Below, piece after piece: positions 37,752-47,178 of a stretch of 64,000 bases of DNA. This DNA comes from Anaerolineae bacterium. Lineage in GTDB: Bacteria > Chloroflexota > Anaerolineae > Aggregatilineales > Phototrophicaceae. Numbering within the stretch: position 1 is the stretch's first letter; every line of letters starts with the position of its first letter. The notes under the pieces were generated by a model that was not told where the DNA came from, searched no databases, and saw only the letters and a program-made list of their open reading frames with translations. The stretch covers positions 3,863 through 67,862 of the forward strand of contig DAOUBS010000004.1 in NCBI GenBank assembly GCA_034432435.1, read 5' to 3'. The translations under genes and the position numbers were made by a program.

Positions 37752-38759
37752 CTACTCAAACGTGCTGGCGGGCGCGCTCGCCGTCGGTAAGTCTCCCTCA
37801 TTCTTGACCTTCTGACGGTTCATGCCCAGCGAGTCGCCAGCCTTGCGCATTAGCTCGCCAAACTTGTCGCTGACCTTGTTCAGGCGGTCAACCATTGCAG
37901 GGTCAGGAACTTTGTTGGCAGTCTCGCGCTGATAGGCAGCGATGATGGCCGTCATGGCGAAGGCATCGCCCACCGCCACCTTGACCAGCCACGCGAAGAA
38001 TAGGATGGCGATGATCGACCAGCCCGCCGACTGCGGCGAGACGAGGTTCACCAGCAGCCCAATCGGCGCGCTGAAGATGAGCAGCGCCACGATGAACGGG
38101 ATGTAGCTCAGGATCATCAGCACGACTGCGTTCATCAGGATCGGCTTCCACACCATCGCGTAAAGCACGAGGCCATCGCGCGCGTTGGCCCACACGTTGT
38201 CGCGCTCGTTCATGAAGCTGCGCGCGAGGATCGCCTCGTCGATGTAGTTCATGGCGAAGCGGATCACTGTGTTGACGATCCTAACGATTGTGCGGACGGA
38301 ATCGCCCGGGATCCACGACGTAATGCTGTAGACTGTCCACGTGAAGGCGCTGACGACGCCGTTCACCAGCTCGTCCACGACGAACATCGCGTTTGTCTCG
38401 CCAAAGCGCTCCATCACCTTCTGACGGCCATAAGTCAACTGGTTCACGCCGTCCGGCAGTTTGTCGTTGACGAGCAGCTCAGCGATGACAGCGATGTGCG
38501 CCGCTTTGATGACGAAGAACACATAACGGTAGGCGAGGTTGTAGAGCGGGATCATCGCCCCCAAAGCCACCAAAAAGACGATCACGCCGATGATCTCGCT
38601 AGCGTTGGCGATCAGCACCGACACCGCGCCGATTATCGCAAGGTAGATCAACCCTACCACCCAGAAGATAATCGTTACCCCCAAACGAATCAGGATGATC
38701 GGCAAGGTGCGGATCATCAGCCCGAACGCGGCCCCAATTTGAATCGAACTCAAGTCCAT
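37752..38759 (-). CDS. Hypothetical integral membrane protein
   Basis: 335 aa with several long hydrophobic segments. No recognised domain. Confidence 0.55.
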   Translation of the reverse strand: MDLSSIQIGAAFGLMIRTLPIILIRLGVTIIFWVVGLIYLAIIGAVSVLIANASEIIGVIVFLVALGAMIPLYNLAYRYVFFVIKAAHIAVIAELLVNDKLPDGVNQLTYGRQKVMERFGETNAMFVVDELVNGVVSAFTWTVYSITSWIPGDSVRTIVRIVNTVIRFAMNYIDEAILARSFMNERDNVWANARDGLVLYAMVWKPILMNAVVLMILSYIPFIVALLIFSAPIGLLVNLVSPQSAGWSIIAILFFAWLVKVAVGDAFAMTAIIAAYQRETANKVPDPAMVDRLNKVSDKFGELMRKAGDSLGMNRQKVKNEGDLPTASAPASTFE

Positions 38760-38981
38760 GTGAAGACCCTCCTGACGACAACTGACGATCTCATGCAGCG
38801 GCTAGAGCACCGCTAAGACCATTTTACACTGCATTACGAAAACCTGCTGTTGACTTTTAGTCGATCCTATCAACCGACCGTTTATTCAGCGTTTATTGCA
38901 ACTGATGAGGGTAAAGAGGCCGCGCCGCAAGCAGGATCAGTGTCTGAGTTGGCCGTGTGAGCCTCCGTGTTTAAGAAATAG

Positions 38982-39010
38982 TTGACAAAGTGTTGATTTT
39001 TATTTATAAT
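38982..39010 (+). promoter_or_regulatory. Perfect sigma70-type consensus promoter TTGACA-17 nt-TATAAT
   Basis: TTGACA at 38982..38987 and TATAAT at 39005..39010 with a 17-nt spacer. It lies 144 nt upstream of the ATG at 39154. Confidence 0.6.
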
Positions 39011-39153
39011 AATTATGATGGATAAAACAATTCAACAGCAGCGCGGGGCGGGGTTTTTTTGGTGGGAAAGCCTATTTTGTGTTCATTTTGGCATCGCACC
39101 TCGTCTCGTCTGCAAAAAAACACAAAATTTATTTTGGTTAGTGAGGTGCGCTG

Positions 39154-39600
39154 ATGTATCCCTCAGATTTTGCGCTGGTGAAAGAATATCCTGACGGAAC
39201 GCGCTGGTACAACACAGACAACAATATACCGGTGCAGATCTTCTCAGGGGTTGTCTCGCGCGAGGCGTTGAGATACGCCCAGCAAGCCACGGATGAGGTC
39301 TTCGCAGCGCATGCAAACGACGATCCCTTCTGTTTGCTCGCTGATCTTCGAAACCTGCAAGGCCTCACAAGCCACATTCGCCAAGACACGACAAATCGAT
39401 TTAGTTCTTTCCCTAAAACTCGAAAGCATTACTTCGCGCTTCTCGTCAACAACACGCTGCCCAACCGCTTAATGGCGCTCTTTTTGAGCAACCTCGTGCG
39501 GTTTCAGAGAAATAACATCACGCTCCAATTCTTCTACGACCCTGACCTTGCGCTTAAGTGGTTAGAGAGCCAGCGCGCTACGGCTTCTATCACGGGGTAA
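39154..39600 (+). CDS. Hypothetical protein, possibly STAS/SpoIIAA-like
   Basis: 148 aa in a lower-GC islet. The C-terminal pattern ...ITLQFFYDPDLALKWLESQ resembles STAS/DUF-type domains. GAGGTG SD 5 nt upstream. Confidence 0.45.
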   Translation: MYPSDFALVKEYPDGTRWYNTDNNIPVQIFSGVVSREALRYAQQATDEVFAAHANDDPFCLLADLRNLQGLTSHIRQDTTNRFSSFPKTRKHYFALLVNNTLPNRLMALFLSNLVRFQRNNITLQFFYDPDLALKWLESQRATASITG

Positions 39601-39630
39601 CAAAAATGTAGGGCACGGCCTGCCGTGCCC
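39601..39630 (-). terminator. Hairpin plus T-run after sucD (also a member of the TGTAGGGGC palindrome family)
   Basis: GGGCACGGC-AGG-CCGTGCCC followed by TACATTTTTG on the minus strand. Confidence 0.6.
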
Positions 39631-39658
39631 CAGGATTGATGGCTGATCGAATGTGCCG

Positions 39659-40540
39659 CTAGCGCCCCAGCGCCTGCGCCACGAGGCCGCCGATTTCGGT
39701 CGGGTTTTGCGCCACGCGCGCGCCGACCGCTTCTAGCGCGGCCATCTTGCCTTTGGCCGTCCCTTTGTTGCCGCTGACGATCGCGCCCGCGTGACCCATC
39801 TTCTTGCCGGGCGGGGCCGTTACCCCGGCGATGTAGGCCACAACGGGCTTCGTCACGTGGTCACGGATGTAGTCGGCGGCCTCTTCTTCAGCCGTCCCGC
39901 CGATCTCGCCGATCATCACGATAGCTTCCGTCTCAGCGTCTGCTTGGAACGCCTCCAGTGCGTCGATGAAGCTCGTGCCCGGCACGGGGTCGCCGCCGAT
40001 GCCAACGCACGTTGTTTGGCCGATGCCTGCCACCGTCAGCTCGTACAGCGCCTGATAGGCCAGCGTGCCGCTGCGGCTGACGATGCCCACCGGCCCGCCC
40101 GGCAGCGCTACCTCAGACGGCGTGAAGCCGATGTTGGCCTTGCCTGGGCTGAGGATACCCGCGCAGTTCGGCCCCAGCAGACGCGTGTGCGGATAGTTGC
40201 GCTTGAGGAGGTTGTAGACGCGGGCTTGATCGTGGGCGGGGATGTGCTCCGTCACACAGACGATGAAGCCGATGCCCGCCTCTGCCGCCTCGAGGATGCT
40301 TGCCGCGGCCACGCTGGCCGGGACGATGATGAAGGCGGTGTCTGCCCTTTCTTTCTCAACAGCTTCTTTCATCGTAGCGTAAATCGGGATGCCCTCTACA
40401 TTTGTCCCCGCTTTGTTGGGGCTGGTTCCAGCGACAATGTTCGTCCCGTAGGCACGGTTGCGCAGGCCGTAGAACGTGCCCTGCTTGCCCGTTAGCCCAG
40501 CGACGGCAACGCGGTTCTTCTCAGTCAGAAATACAGCCAT
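39659..40540 (-). CDS. sucD: Succinyl-CoA synthetase alpha subunit
   Basis: [18 protein letters not shown] and the GHAGAIVSG phosphohistidine loop. Confidence 0.95.
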   Translation of the reverse strand: MAVFLTEKNRVAVAGLTGKQGTFYGLRNRAYGTNIVAGTSPNKAGTNVEGIPIYATMKEAVEKERADTAFIIVPASVAAASILEAAEAGIGFIVCVTEHIPAHDQARVYNLLKRNYPHTRLLGPNCAGILSPGKANIGFTPSEVALPGGPVGIVSRSGTLAYQALYELTVAGIGQTTCVGIGGDPVPGTSFIDALEAFQADAETEAIVMIGEIGGTAEEEAADYIRDHVTKPVVAYIAGVTAPPGKKMGHAGAIVSGNKGTAKGKMAALEAVGARVAQNPTEIGGLVAQALGR

Positions 40541-40543
40541 CTC

Positions 40544-41686
40544 TCACGCTCCTGCCATCTGTACGGCGGTCTTGGCTGCGGTCAACATATCGGGAACCAT
40601 GCGCAGCTGGTCGCTTTGGTGTGTCTCCAAAATCGCGCGGCCCTCAGCGGCGTTCGTGCCATCCAAGCGGACGACCAGCGGCGCGCTCATCTGCACACGG
40701 CTGAGCGCCTGAATGATGCCGTTGGCCACCTCATCGCAGCGGGTGATGCCGCCGAAGATGTTGATGAAGATCACCTTCACATTCGGGTCGCCGTTGATGA
40801 CAGTCAGCGCGTCCACCATGCGGTCAGCGTTCGCGCCGCCGCCGATGTCGAGGAAGTTCGCGGGCGCGCCGCCCACTTGGTTGACGATGTCCACCGTGCT
40901 CATAGCGAGGCCTGCGCCGTTGGCGATGATCCCGACTGTGCCTGCCAGCCCCACGTATTGCAGGTCTTTCGCTTGGGCGGCGCGCTCGCGCTCGTCGAGG
41001 CTCTCCATGCCTTCGAACTCCGCCCACTCGGGATGTCGATAGGCGGCGGCTTCGTCGAGGCTGACCTTGGCATCCAACGCGTGGACGCGCCCTTGCGGCG
41101 TCAAGATCAGCGGGTTGATCTCAGCTAGGGTGCAGTCACCGTCGATGTAACACGTGTAGAGCTTTTGCAGCAGCGCCACCGCGCCCTCCTCGGCGATGGG
41201 GTTGAGCTTGGCTGCTCTGACCCATGCGCGGGTGGTCGCCTCGTCCAGCCCGTCCACTGGGTCAACGTGGATCGTGGCGATGGCCTCAGGGTTCTTGGCG
41301 GCCACCTCTTCGATGTCTACGCCGCCCTGCGCCGAAAGCATCCCTAAGTGCTGCTTCTTGCTGCGGTCGAGCGTGAACGAGGCGTAGTACTCCTCGGCGA
41401 TGTTGCTGGCCTGTTCGATCCACAGCCGATGGACGATGTGGCCTTTGATGTCCATGCCGAGGATGTTGCTGGCGTGGTGGCGCACTTCGTCGGCGTTGTG
41501 GGCCAGCTTGATGCCGCCAGCCTTGCCGCGCCCGCCCACGCGCACCTGCGCCTTGACCACCACCGGGTAGCCAACACGCTCGGCGATGGCCACTGCGCCT
41601 TCCACAGTGGTTGTCACGTCCCCATCAGACACAGGGATGCCGTATCGGGCAAAATACTGCTTGCCCTGATATTCGAATAAATCCAT
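40544..41686 (-). CDS. sucC: Succinyl-CoA synthetase beta subunit
   Basis: Start at MDLFEYQGKQYFARYGIPV. ATP-grasp domain plus a ligase-CoA domain. Lies 3 nt upstream of sucD. Confidence 0.95.
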   Translation of the reverse strand: MDLFEYQGKQYFARYGIPVSDGDVTTTVEGAVAIAERVGYPVVVKAQVRVGGRGKAGGIKLAHNADEVRHHASNILGMDIKGHIVHRLWIEQASNIAEEYYASFTLDRSKKQHLGMLSAQGGVDIEEVAAKNPEAIATIHVDPVDGLDEATTRAWVRAAKLNPIAEEGAVALLQKLYTCYIDGDCTLAEINPLILTPQGRVHALDAKVSLDEAAAYRHPEWAEFEGMESLDERERAAQAKDLQYVGLAGTVGIIANGAGLAMSTVDIVNQVGGAPANFLDIGGGANADRMVDALTVINGDPNVKVIFINIFGGITRCDEVANGIIQALSRVQMSAPLVVRLDGTNAAEGRAILETHQSDQLRMVPDMLTAAKTAVQMAGA

Positions 41687-41921
41687 TGGGTGTCTCCTTA
41701 AGAAAAGCGAACGATGCCCTGAACGCACCAATCATAGCGCTAAACCCCACACCGCACAATTTGCAGCAGAGCAGCAGATGAGTGTGGCTGCTTGAGCGTT
41801 CTCTGCAACACTTGCGCTCCTGTAAGAATTTTTAATATATTCTATTAGAATTTTGTGACCAAGCACAATTTAATACACTTGCTATAATTTAGCGTATGCC
41901 TTTCTAGATACTCGGAGCAAG

Positions 41922-43289
41922 ATGCTGGGCAAGCTTGGGGAAATCATAACATCTTGGCTGCATCCTCCTAACTTCTCCGATAGTTACGAGCAGTTCGCGG
42001 GCCGTATCTTACATTACTCCCTCCTCATGCTGTTCGCAGCAGTCATCGTGTTTGAGATCGTCATCTCTGCGCGTGGAGCGTTCCCGTACCTCATTACACT
42101 GTTCGGAGCCTCGTTTCTGCTGCTGCGGCTGAGGCAGGTCAAGCTGTCGATCAACATCCTGATGTTCTCGCTGTGGTTCACCTTCACGCTGGTCGGGGTG
42201 TACCTCAACGGTGTCTTCAACAGCATCATGCTCAGCTATTTAATCCTGATCATGCTTGCAGCGCTGTTGTTTAAGCCGAGATGGGTGCTGTTGTGGAGCG
42301 CGTTCAGCGCGTTCACGGTGGTGATCATCGGGCTGGGGCAAGCGGCGCAGGTGCTGCCGACGCTCAATGAACCGCCGACGATTGAAGCGCGCGTGTTCTA
42401 CTTGGTCGTTGTGTTCATGACGATGGGCATCTTCTTGACATTTGCCTCGCAGGTGGTGCTGCGCAGCATCCAAACTGCGCAGGCCAGCGAGGCCACCCTG
42501 CGCGAACGCAATCAGCAGCTCGAGCAGGAGATCCACGAGCGCCAGCAGGCTGAAGCGCGTGAGCGCGAGCTGCTCATCACCCAAGCACGCGGTAACCTTC
42601 AGGCAGATTTTTTCAACACCCTCTCGCACGACCTCAAGACCCCGCTAGCAACCATCAACACCAGCCTGTACCTGCTCAAACACGCCAAGACAGAAGAACA
42701 GCGCGAAAAACGCATCCAGCAGATCAGCAGTCAAGTGAGTTTGGTCGATCGCTACGTACAGGAGATGCTAATGCTCACGCGGATCGAGTCGTCATCTCCA
42801 CCGTCGATGACCAAGCTCAGCCTCTCATCTTTAGTGCATGAGGTGTTGGAAGCGCTTCAGCCGCAGATTGAAGAAAAAAAGCTGGCGGTGTCGTTCACAG
42901 TTGACGGCAGTGCAAAGCTCATCATCGGCAACCGCGATCAGCTGCATCGGCTGCTGCTTAACTTAATAGAGAACGCGATCAAGTACACCCCGCCGCAACG
43001 CGAAATCAAAGTCGACTTGTGCGCGGTTGAGGACGCTATGCAGTTGACCATCCGTGATCACGGCATCGGTATTGAACCAAAGGAGGTGCCGCACATCTTC
43101 GAACCGTTCTATCGCACGGCTGAGGCGCGAGCGACAGAAAAGCGCGGCACAGGGCTGGGGCTGGCCATTGTAAAGAAGATCGCCGACAGCCACGGCATTC
43201 AAATCGACGTGCAGAGCCGTGCCAACGAGGGCACGACCTTCACCCTCCTCTTGCCAGTGGCCCCAACAAACCCTCAGAAAATCGACTGA
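41922..43289 (+). CDS. Membrane sensor histidine kinase
   Basis: Five or six N-terminal TM helices, a coiled coil, H-box FFNTLSHDLKTPLATI, NLIENAIKYT, and GTGLGLAIVKKI. Confidence 0.85.
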   Translation: MLGKLGEIITSWLHPPNFSDSYEQFAGRILHYSLLMLFAAVIVFEIVISARGAFPYLITLFGASFLLLRLRQVKLSINILMFSLWFTFTLVGVYLNGVFNSIMLSYLILIMLAALLFKPRWVLLWSAFSAFTVVIIGLGQAAQVLPTLNEPPTIEARVFYLVVVFMTMGIFLTFASQVVLRSIQTAQASEATLRERNQQLEQEIHERQQAEARERELLITQARGNLQADFFNTLSHDLKTPLATINTSLYLLKHAKTEEQREKRIQQISSQVSLVDRYVQEMLMLTRIESSSPPSMTKLSLSSLVHEVLEALQPQIEEKKLAVSFTVDGSAKLIIGNRDQLHRLLLNLIENAIKYTPPQREIKVDLCAVEDAMQLTIRDHGIGIEPKEVPHIFEPFYRTAEARATEKRGTGLGLAIVKKIADSHGIQIDVQSRANEGTTFTLLLPVAPTNPQKID

Positions 43290-44512
43290 CTGCGGAAAGC
43301 GTCGCTCAACCCTGCCAGCTTAGCCAGCGTGGGCGCGACTTGGATCGCCTCGGCGGCCTCAACGCTGCCACGCGGCACGTCTGGACCGGCGAACAGCGCA
43401 AACCGATCGTCCCCCGGGTGGCCCGGGCGCAGGCCGTGGCTGCTGATGGCGTTGGGCTTGCCGCTTGGCGTGCTGTTGTCCACGTTTTCGACCTCAAACG
43501 ACACTTTGTCCGGCGCGACGAACAAGAACAGCCGATCCCGATACTCGGGCACGATGCAGTCATTCGGGTAGGGTTCCACGCCGTAGGGGGCCAGCTTCTC
43601 GGTCACCATCGCCAACTCGGCCTCGTCTTTGGGTGCGACGATCAGCAGGCTGCCCTCGCTCTGAACAGTGACGTTGGGGATGATGTGGCCCGGGTGGAGG
43701 GCAGTCTCAATCGGGCTGTGGCCGTGGTCGCTCATCACGGCGATGTTCCACTGGTCGAGCGCGTCGGCTGCCTCTAAGCGCGCCAGAATGCGCCCTACGG
43801 CCATATCGGCCTGCATGACGGAGAAGCGGGCGGCTTCGCTCTTGTAGCCGCTGTAGTGCTGAATCGTGTCCGTGCACAGGAACTCAGCGATGATCAGATC
43901 GGGCGCGTCCTGCCACGTGGCCAACGCCCCCACCCAATCGTACATGCGCACATCGCTCATGATGGCGAAAGAGGCGCGGCCGGCCTCGGTTGTCAGGTCG
44001 GTTTCAGGCAGGTGTGAGGCGACCCCAGCCGCTTCACAGGCGCGGTCGAACTCTTTGCCCGGGTCGTGGAAGGCCACGCGCAGCCACGATTGATCGGCGG
44101 GGGTCGGCTCGGCGTCGCGCGCGCGTTGGATGAAGCCGCCCACCCACCACGGCCCGCGGAAGATGTGAGCGTCCTCTGGGCGCAGCATGCCAAAGCCAAC
44201 CACGGCCACCTTCTTGCCAGCGGCTTTGGCGCGGGCGGGCAGCGTCGGCACGCGCACATCGTCGGGGTTGGGGTAGCGGAAGGCCTGCCCGTCCCAAATG
44301 CGGTTGCCGTAGACGCCGCTCACGTCGGCGGTCTCGCCCGTCATCATCGATGTGCGGCCGGGCAGGGACGTGCCTAACACCTCGCTGTGCAGGTTGTGAA
44401 CGCGGAAGCCGCGCCGCTCCAACGAGGCCAGATGCGGCAGCTCGCTCTTGAGCGTGGCGTAGTGATCTGCCGACACGCCGTCGATCATGAGCACGATCAG
44501 TTTTTGGGTCAT
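43274..44512 (-). CDS. Alkaline-phosphatase-superfamily phosphodiesterase / nucleotide pyrophosphatase-like protein
   Basis: Start at MTQKLIVLMIDGVSADH. Has PGRTSMMTGE and SDHGHS motifs typical of type I phosphodiesterase/AP-superfamily enzymes. Confidence 0.7.
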   Translation of the reverse strand: MTQKLIVLMIDGVSADHYATLKSELPHLASLERRGFRVHNLHSEVLGTSLPGRTSMMTGETADVSGVYGNRIWDGQAFRYPNPDDVRVPTLPARAKAAGKKVAVVGFGMLRPEDAHIFRGPWWVGGFIQRARDAEPTPADQSWLRVAFHDPGKEFDRACEAAGVASHLPETDLTTEAGRASFAIMSDVRMYDWVGALATWQDAPDLIIAEFLCTDTIQHYSGYKSEAARFSVMQADMAVGRILARLEAADALDQWNIAVMSDHGHSPIETALHPGHIIPNVTVQSEGSLLIVAPKDEAELAMVTEKLAPYGVEPYPNDCIVPEYRDRLFLFVAPDKVSFEVENVDNSTPSGKPNAISSHGLRPGHPGDDRFALFAGPDVPRGSVEAAEAIQVAPTLAKLAGLSDAFRSQSIF

Positions 44513-44549
44513 AGGGGATCCTTTTTGGAGATGGTTAACACATTCGACA

Positions 44550-44707
44550 TTATAAATCGTAGGGGCGAGGTATGCCTCGCCCCTCACAACATCCGTGGCA
44601 GCCATCGGGGCACGGCATGCCGTGCTCCTACAGGTGTGGCCATATGCGCCATGTAACGGTTTGGCCTGCCAGATCGAACGGGAACGGCGCGCCGTGCTTC
44701 TACAAGG
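44550..44707. repeat. Cluster of three REP-like palindromic units (TGTAGGGGC...GCCCC family)
   Basis: GGGGCGAGGTATGCCTCGCCCC (44562..44583), GGGGCACGGCATGCCGTGCTCC (44617..44638) and GGAACGGCGCGCCGTGCTTC (44681..44700). Each is flanked on one side by a (T/C)GTAG or CTACA tag, and orientations are mixed. Confidence 0.7.
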
Positions 44708-46228
44708 TTAGTTCATCTGGAACGCGCCGGGGCGCAGGTCGATGTAGAACTCTGGGTGCGGCTGCCACGTGATGCCCTCGCGCATGGCGTAGAACTCCAC
44801 GCTCTGGTAGAGCGGCGCGAACGGCACATCCTGATCGAGGATGTCGATGATTTGGCGGTACACGCGCAGGCGCACGTCCGGGTCAAGCGAGGACGCGCCT
44901 TCTGCGGCCAGCGCGCGGAACTCATCGCTGGGGGTGTAATACGCGCCCATCCAACTGTTCCACGTCTGCACGATGCTGCTCGTGGCGGGGTCGCCGGCTG
45001 TGCCGAAGCTTTGGAGGGTGGCGATGTTGTTGCCCGAGAGCGAGCGATCCGCCCATGCGGCGGTGTCGAGCGGCGTGTACTCGACGTTGAAGCCCACCGC
45101 GCGCCACATCTCGTTGATGACGTCCGTCACCAGTTGGCCGTTAGTGTAGTAGGCGCTGGGCGGGGTGAACTCGATCACCTCACCCGCGTAGCCCGCCTCA
45201 GCCATCAAGCGCTGTGCCTCTTCGGGGTCAAAGGCGAAGTTCGGGCGGCTGGCGTCGAAGCCAAATTCACCGGGCAGCAGGTAGTCGTTCATCACGCGGA
45301 CGCGCCCGCCCCACAGCGCTTCCGCGATGGCCTCGCGGTCAATCGCTAGCGAGAGCGCGCGGCGGATCAGAGGGTTAGCCGTCGGCCCCTTATTCGTGTT
45401 GAAGTAGATCAGCATGAAGTTGTAGACGTCGGCGCGGTCGACCCGCAGGTTGGGGTCAGCGTCGAGTTGATCGACCAGATCGGGGCTGACGGTGGTGATG
45501 AAGTCCACCTCGCCGCTGCGCAGCGCGGCCACGCGCGTCGACGTCTCTGGGATCAGGCGGATCACGACGCGCTCGACGTCCGACGGCCCCATCCAGTAGC
45601 CATCGTGGCGCACCAGCACCAAGCGATCACCAGCGATCTGCTGCTCGACGCGGAACGGGCCAGCGCCGAGCGGGGCGCTTTGCAGTTCCTCGAACGGGGT
45701 CGCTTCGACGTAGGCCTGCGGCATGACCGAGGCGTAAGGTGAGGCCAAGCGCAGCGGCAGCAGCGGGTCCGGGCGTGGCGTGGTGATCGTCACCTCCAGC
45801 GGGCCGGTCGCTTCCACGCTGCTGATGAACGGCAGGAACTGCGAGCGGATGAAGCTCTCGCGGTCGCTGAAGAGTAGGCGGTTCAAGCTGAACGCGGCGT
45901 CCTCAGCGGTCATGATGCTGCCGTCTTGGAACTGCACGCCCGCGCGCAGCGTAAAGACCCACGTCGTCTCGTCGGTGGCTTCCCACGCGGTGGCCAGCAT
46001 CGGGATGACCTCGCCCTCAGGGCTGGTGCGCGTCAGCGAGTCAAAGATCATGTGGTAGATGCGGTTGCCGATGATCGCGCCTGGCACGTGGTGCGGGTCG
46101 AGCGAGAGCACCTCGGCGTTGATGCCGATGGTCAGCGTTTTAGGGCTGCTCTGGGCGGCCAGCGGCATCCCGCTGACGACAAGCGCCAGCAGGAAGACAA
46201 TCAAGCGACTGCTCACTTTTTTAAACAT
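44708..46228 (-). CDS. ABC transporter substrate-binding protein, family 5
   Basis: Start at MFKKVSSRLIVFLLALVV (signal peptide). SBP_bac_5-like throughout. Confidence 0.85.
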   Translation of the reverse strand: MFKKVSSRLIVFLLALVVSGMPLAAQSSPKTLTIGINAEVLSLDPHHVPGAIIGNRIYHMIFDSLTRTSPEGEVIPMLATAWEATDETTWVFTLRAGVQFQDGSIMTAEDAAFSLNRLLFSDRESFIRSQFLPFISSVEATGPLEVTITTPRPDPLLPLRLASPYASVMPQAYVEATPFEELQSAPLGAGPFRVEQQIAGDRLVLVRHDGYWMGPSDVERVVIRLIPETSTRVAALRSGEVDFITTVSPDLVDQLDADPNLRVDRADVYNFMLIYFNTNKGPTANPLIRRALSLAIDREAIAEALWGGRVRVMNDYLLPGEFGFDASRPNFAFDPEEAQRLMAEAGYAGEVIEFTPPSAYYTNGQLVTDVINEMWRAVGFNVEYTPLDTAAWADRSLSGNNIATLQSFGTAGDPATSSIVQTWNSWMGAYYTPSDEFRALAAEGASSLDPDVRLRVYRQIIDILDQDVPFAPLYQSVEFYAMREGITWQPHPEFYIDLRPGAFQMN

Positions 46229-46284
46229 ACGTTCTCTCCTCTTTGCAACTGATTGTGTTTTGAAGCGTGTTCTCTGCGGACGAC

Positions 46285-47178
46285 CTAGCTCACTGCCACG
46301 TCGAGCCGGTCGCGCAGCCAATCACCTAACGTTCCCACGGCCAATACCAGCAGCATCAGGGCGACGCCGGGCAGGGTGGCCAACCACCACGCCGACGATA
46401 GATAGTCGCGCCCGTCGTTGATCATGCCGCCCCACGAGGGCGTGGGCGGCTGGACGCCGATCCCGAGGAAGCTCAGGCCGCTTTCCAACAGGATGATGCG
46501 CCCCACGCTCAGCGTCCCTAAGACCAGCAGCGGCCCGGCCAAGTTGGGCAGCATGTGGCGCAGCATGATGTAGCCGTCCCGCGCGCCGAGGCTGCGCGCC
46601 GCTACGATGAACTCCCGTTCGCGCAGCGAGAGCACCTCCCCGCGGATCACTCGCGCATAGAGCGACCACGTCGAGATGGCCGCCAGCCCGATCAGCACGG
46701 GCAGGCTGCGCCCTCACCCCAGCGCCACCGCCACCGCCAACAGCACGAACGGCAGCGCTAACTGCACATCGACCAAGTACATGATGAACTCGTCCAGCCA
46801 GCCGCGGAAGTAGCCGCTGATGACCCCAAGCAGCGTGCCGAGCGCCAGCCCGATCAACGTCGACACTACCCCCACCAGCAGCGAGATGCGCCCGCCGTGC
46901 AAGATGCGCGTCAGCACGTCGCGGCCAGTGGCGTCCGTCCCGAGGGGGTATTCAGCCAGCGTCAGCGGCGGGGCCAGCCGCGCCCGCAGGTTGATCGCCT
47001 CTGGTCGGTGCGGCGTGAGCACGTCGGCCAGCAGCACAGCAGCCGTCATCACCACCAGCACGGCCACGCTCAGCAGCACGCTGAGGTTGATGCGGCGCAG
47101 GCGGCGGCGCGGCGGCGCGTTGACTTTGGTTTCAAGCGGCAAATTAGCGACCGAGTTGGAGAGCGTCGTTTGCGTCAT
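46285..47178 (-). pseudogene. DppC/OppC-like ABC permease interrupted by an in-frame TGA (46714..46716)
   Basis: ORFs 46714..47178 and 46285..46698 are in the same frame and together form one complete permease. The minus-strand reading is ...AVALG TGA GRSLPVLIGLAAISTW... Confidence 0.7.

Noticed and set aside
39015-39194. A 59-aa ORF starting at ATGATG right after the consensus -10 (possible leaderless mRNA).
   Set aside because: The translation (MMDKTIQQQRGAGFFWWESLFCVHFG...) looks non-coding and overlaps the SD and start of the 39154 gene in another frame. The region is better explained as a structured 5' leader.
46714-46716. The in-frame TGA as selenocysteine or a reassigned (Gly/Trp) codon.
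   Set aside because: TGA clearly terminates many well-defined genes in this window, such as the JAB-like gene, the Crp/Fnr regulator and the FHA gene. I saw no SECIS-like hairpin immediately downstream, and a permease TM loop is not a plausible Sec site.
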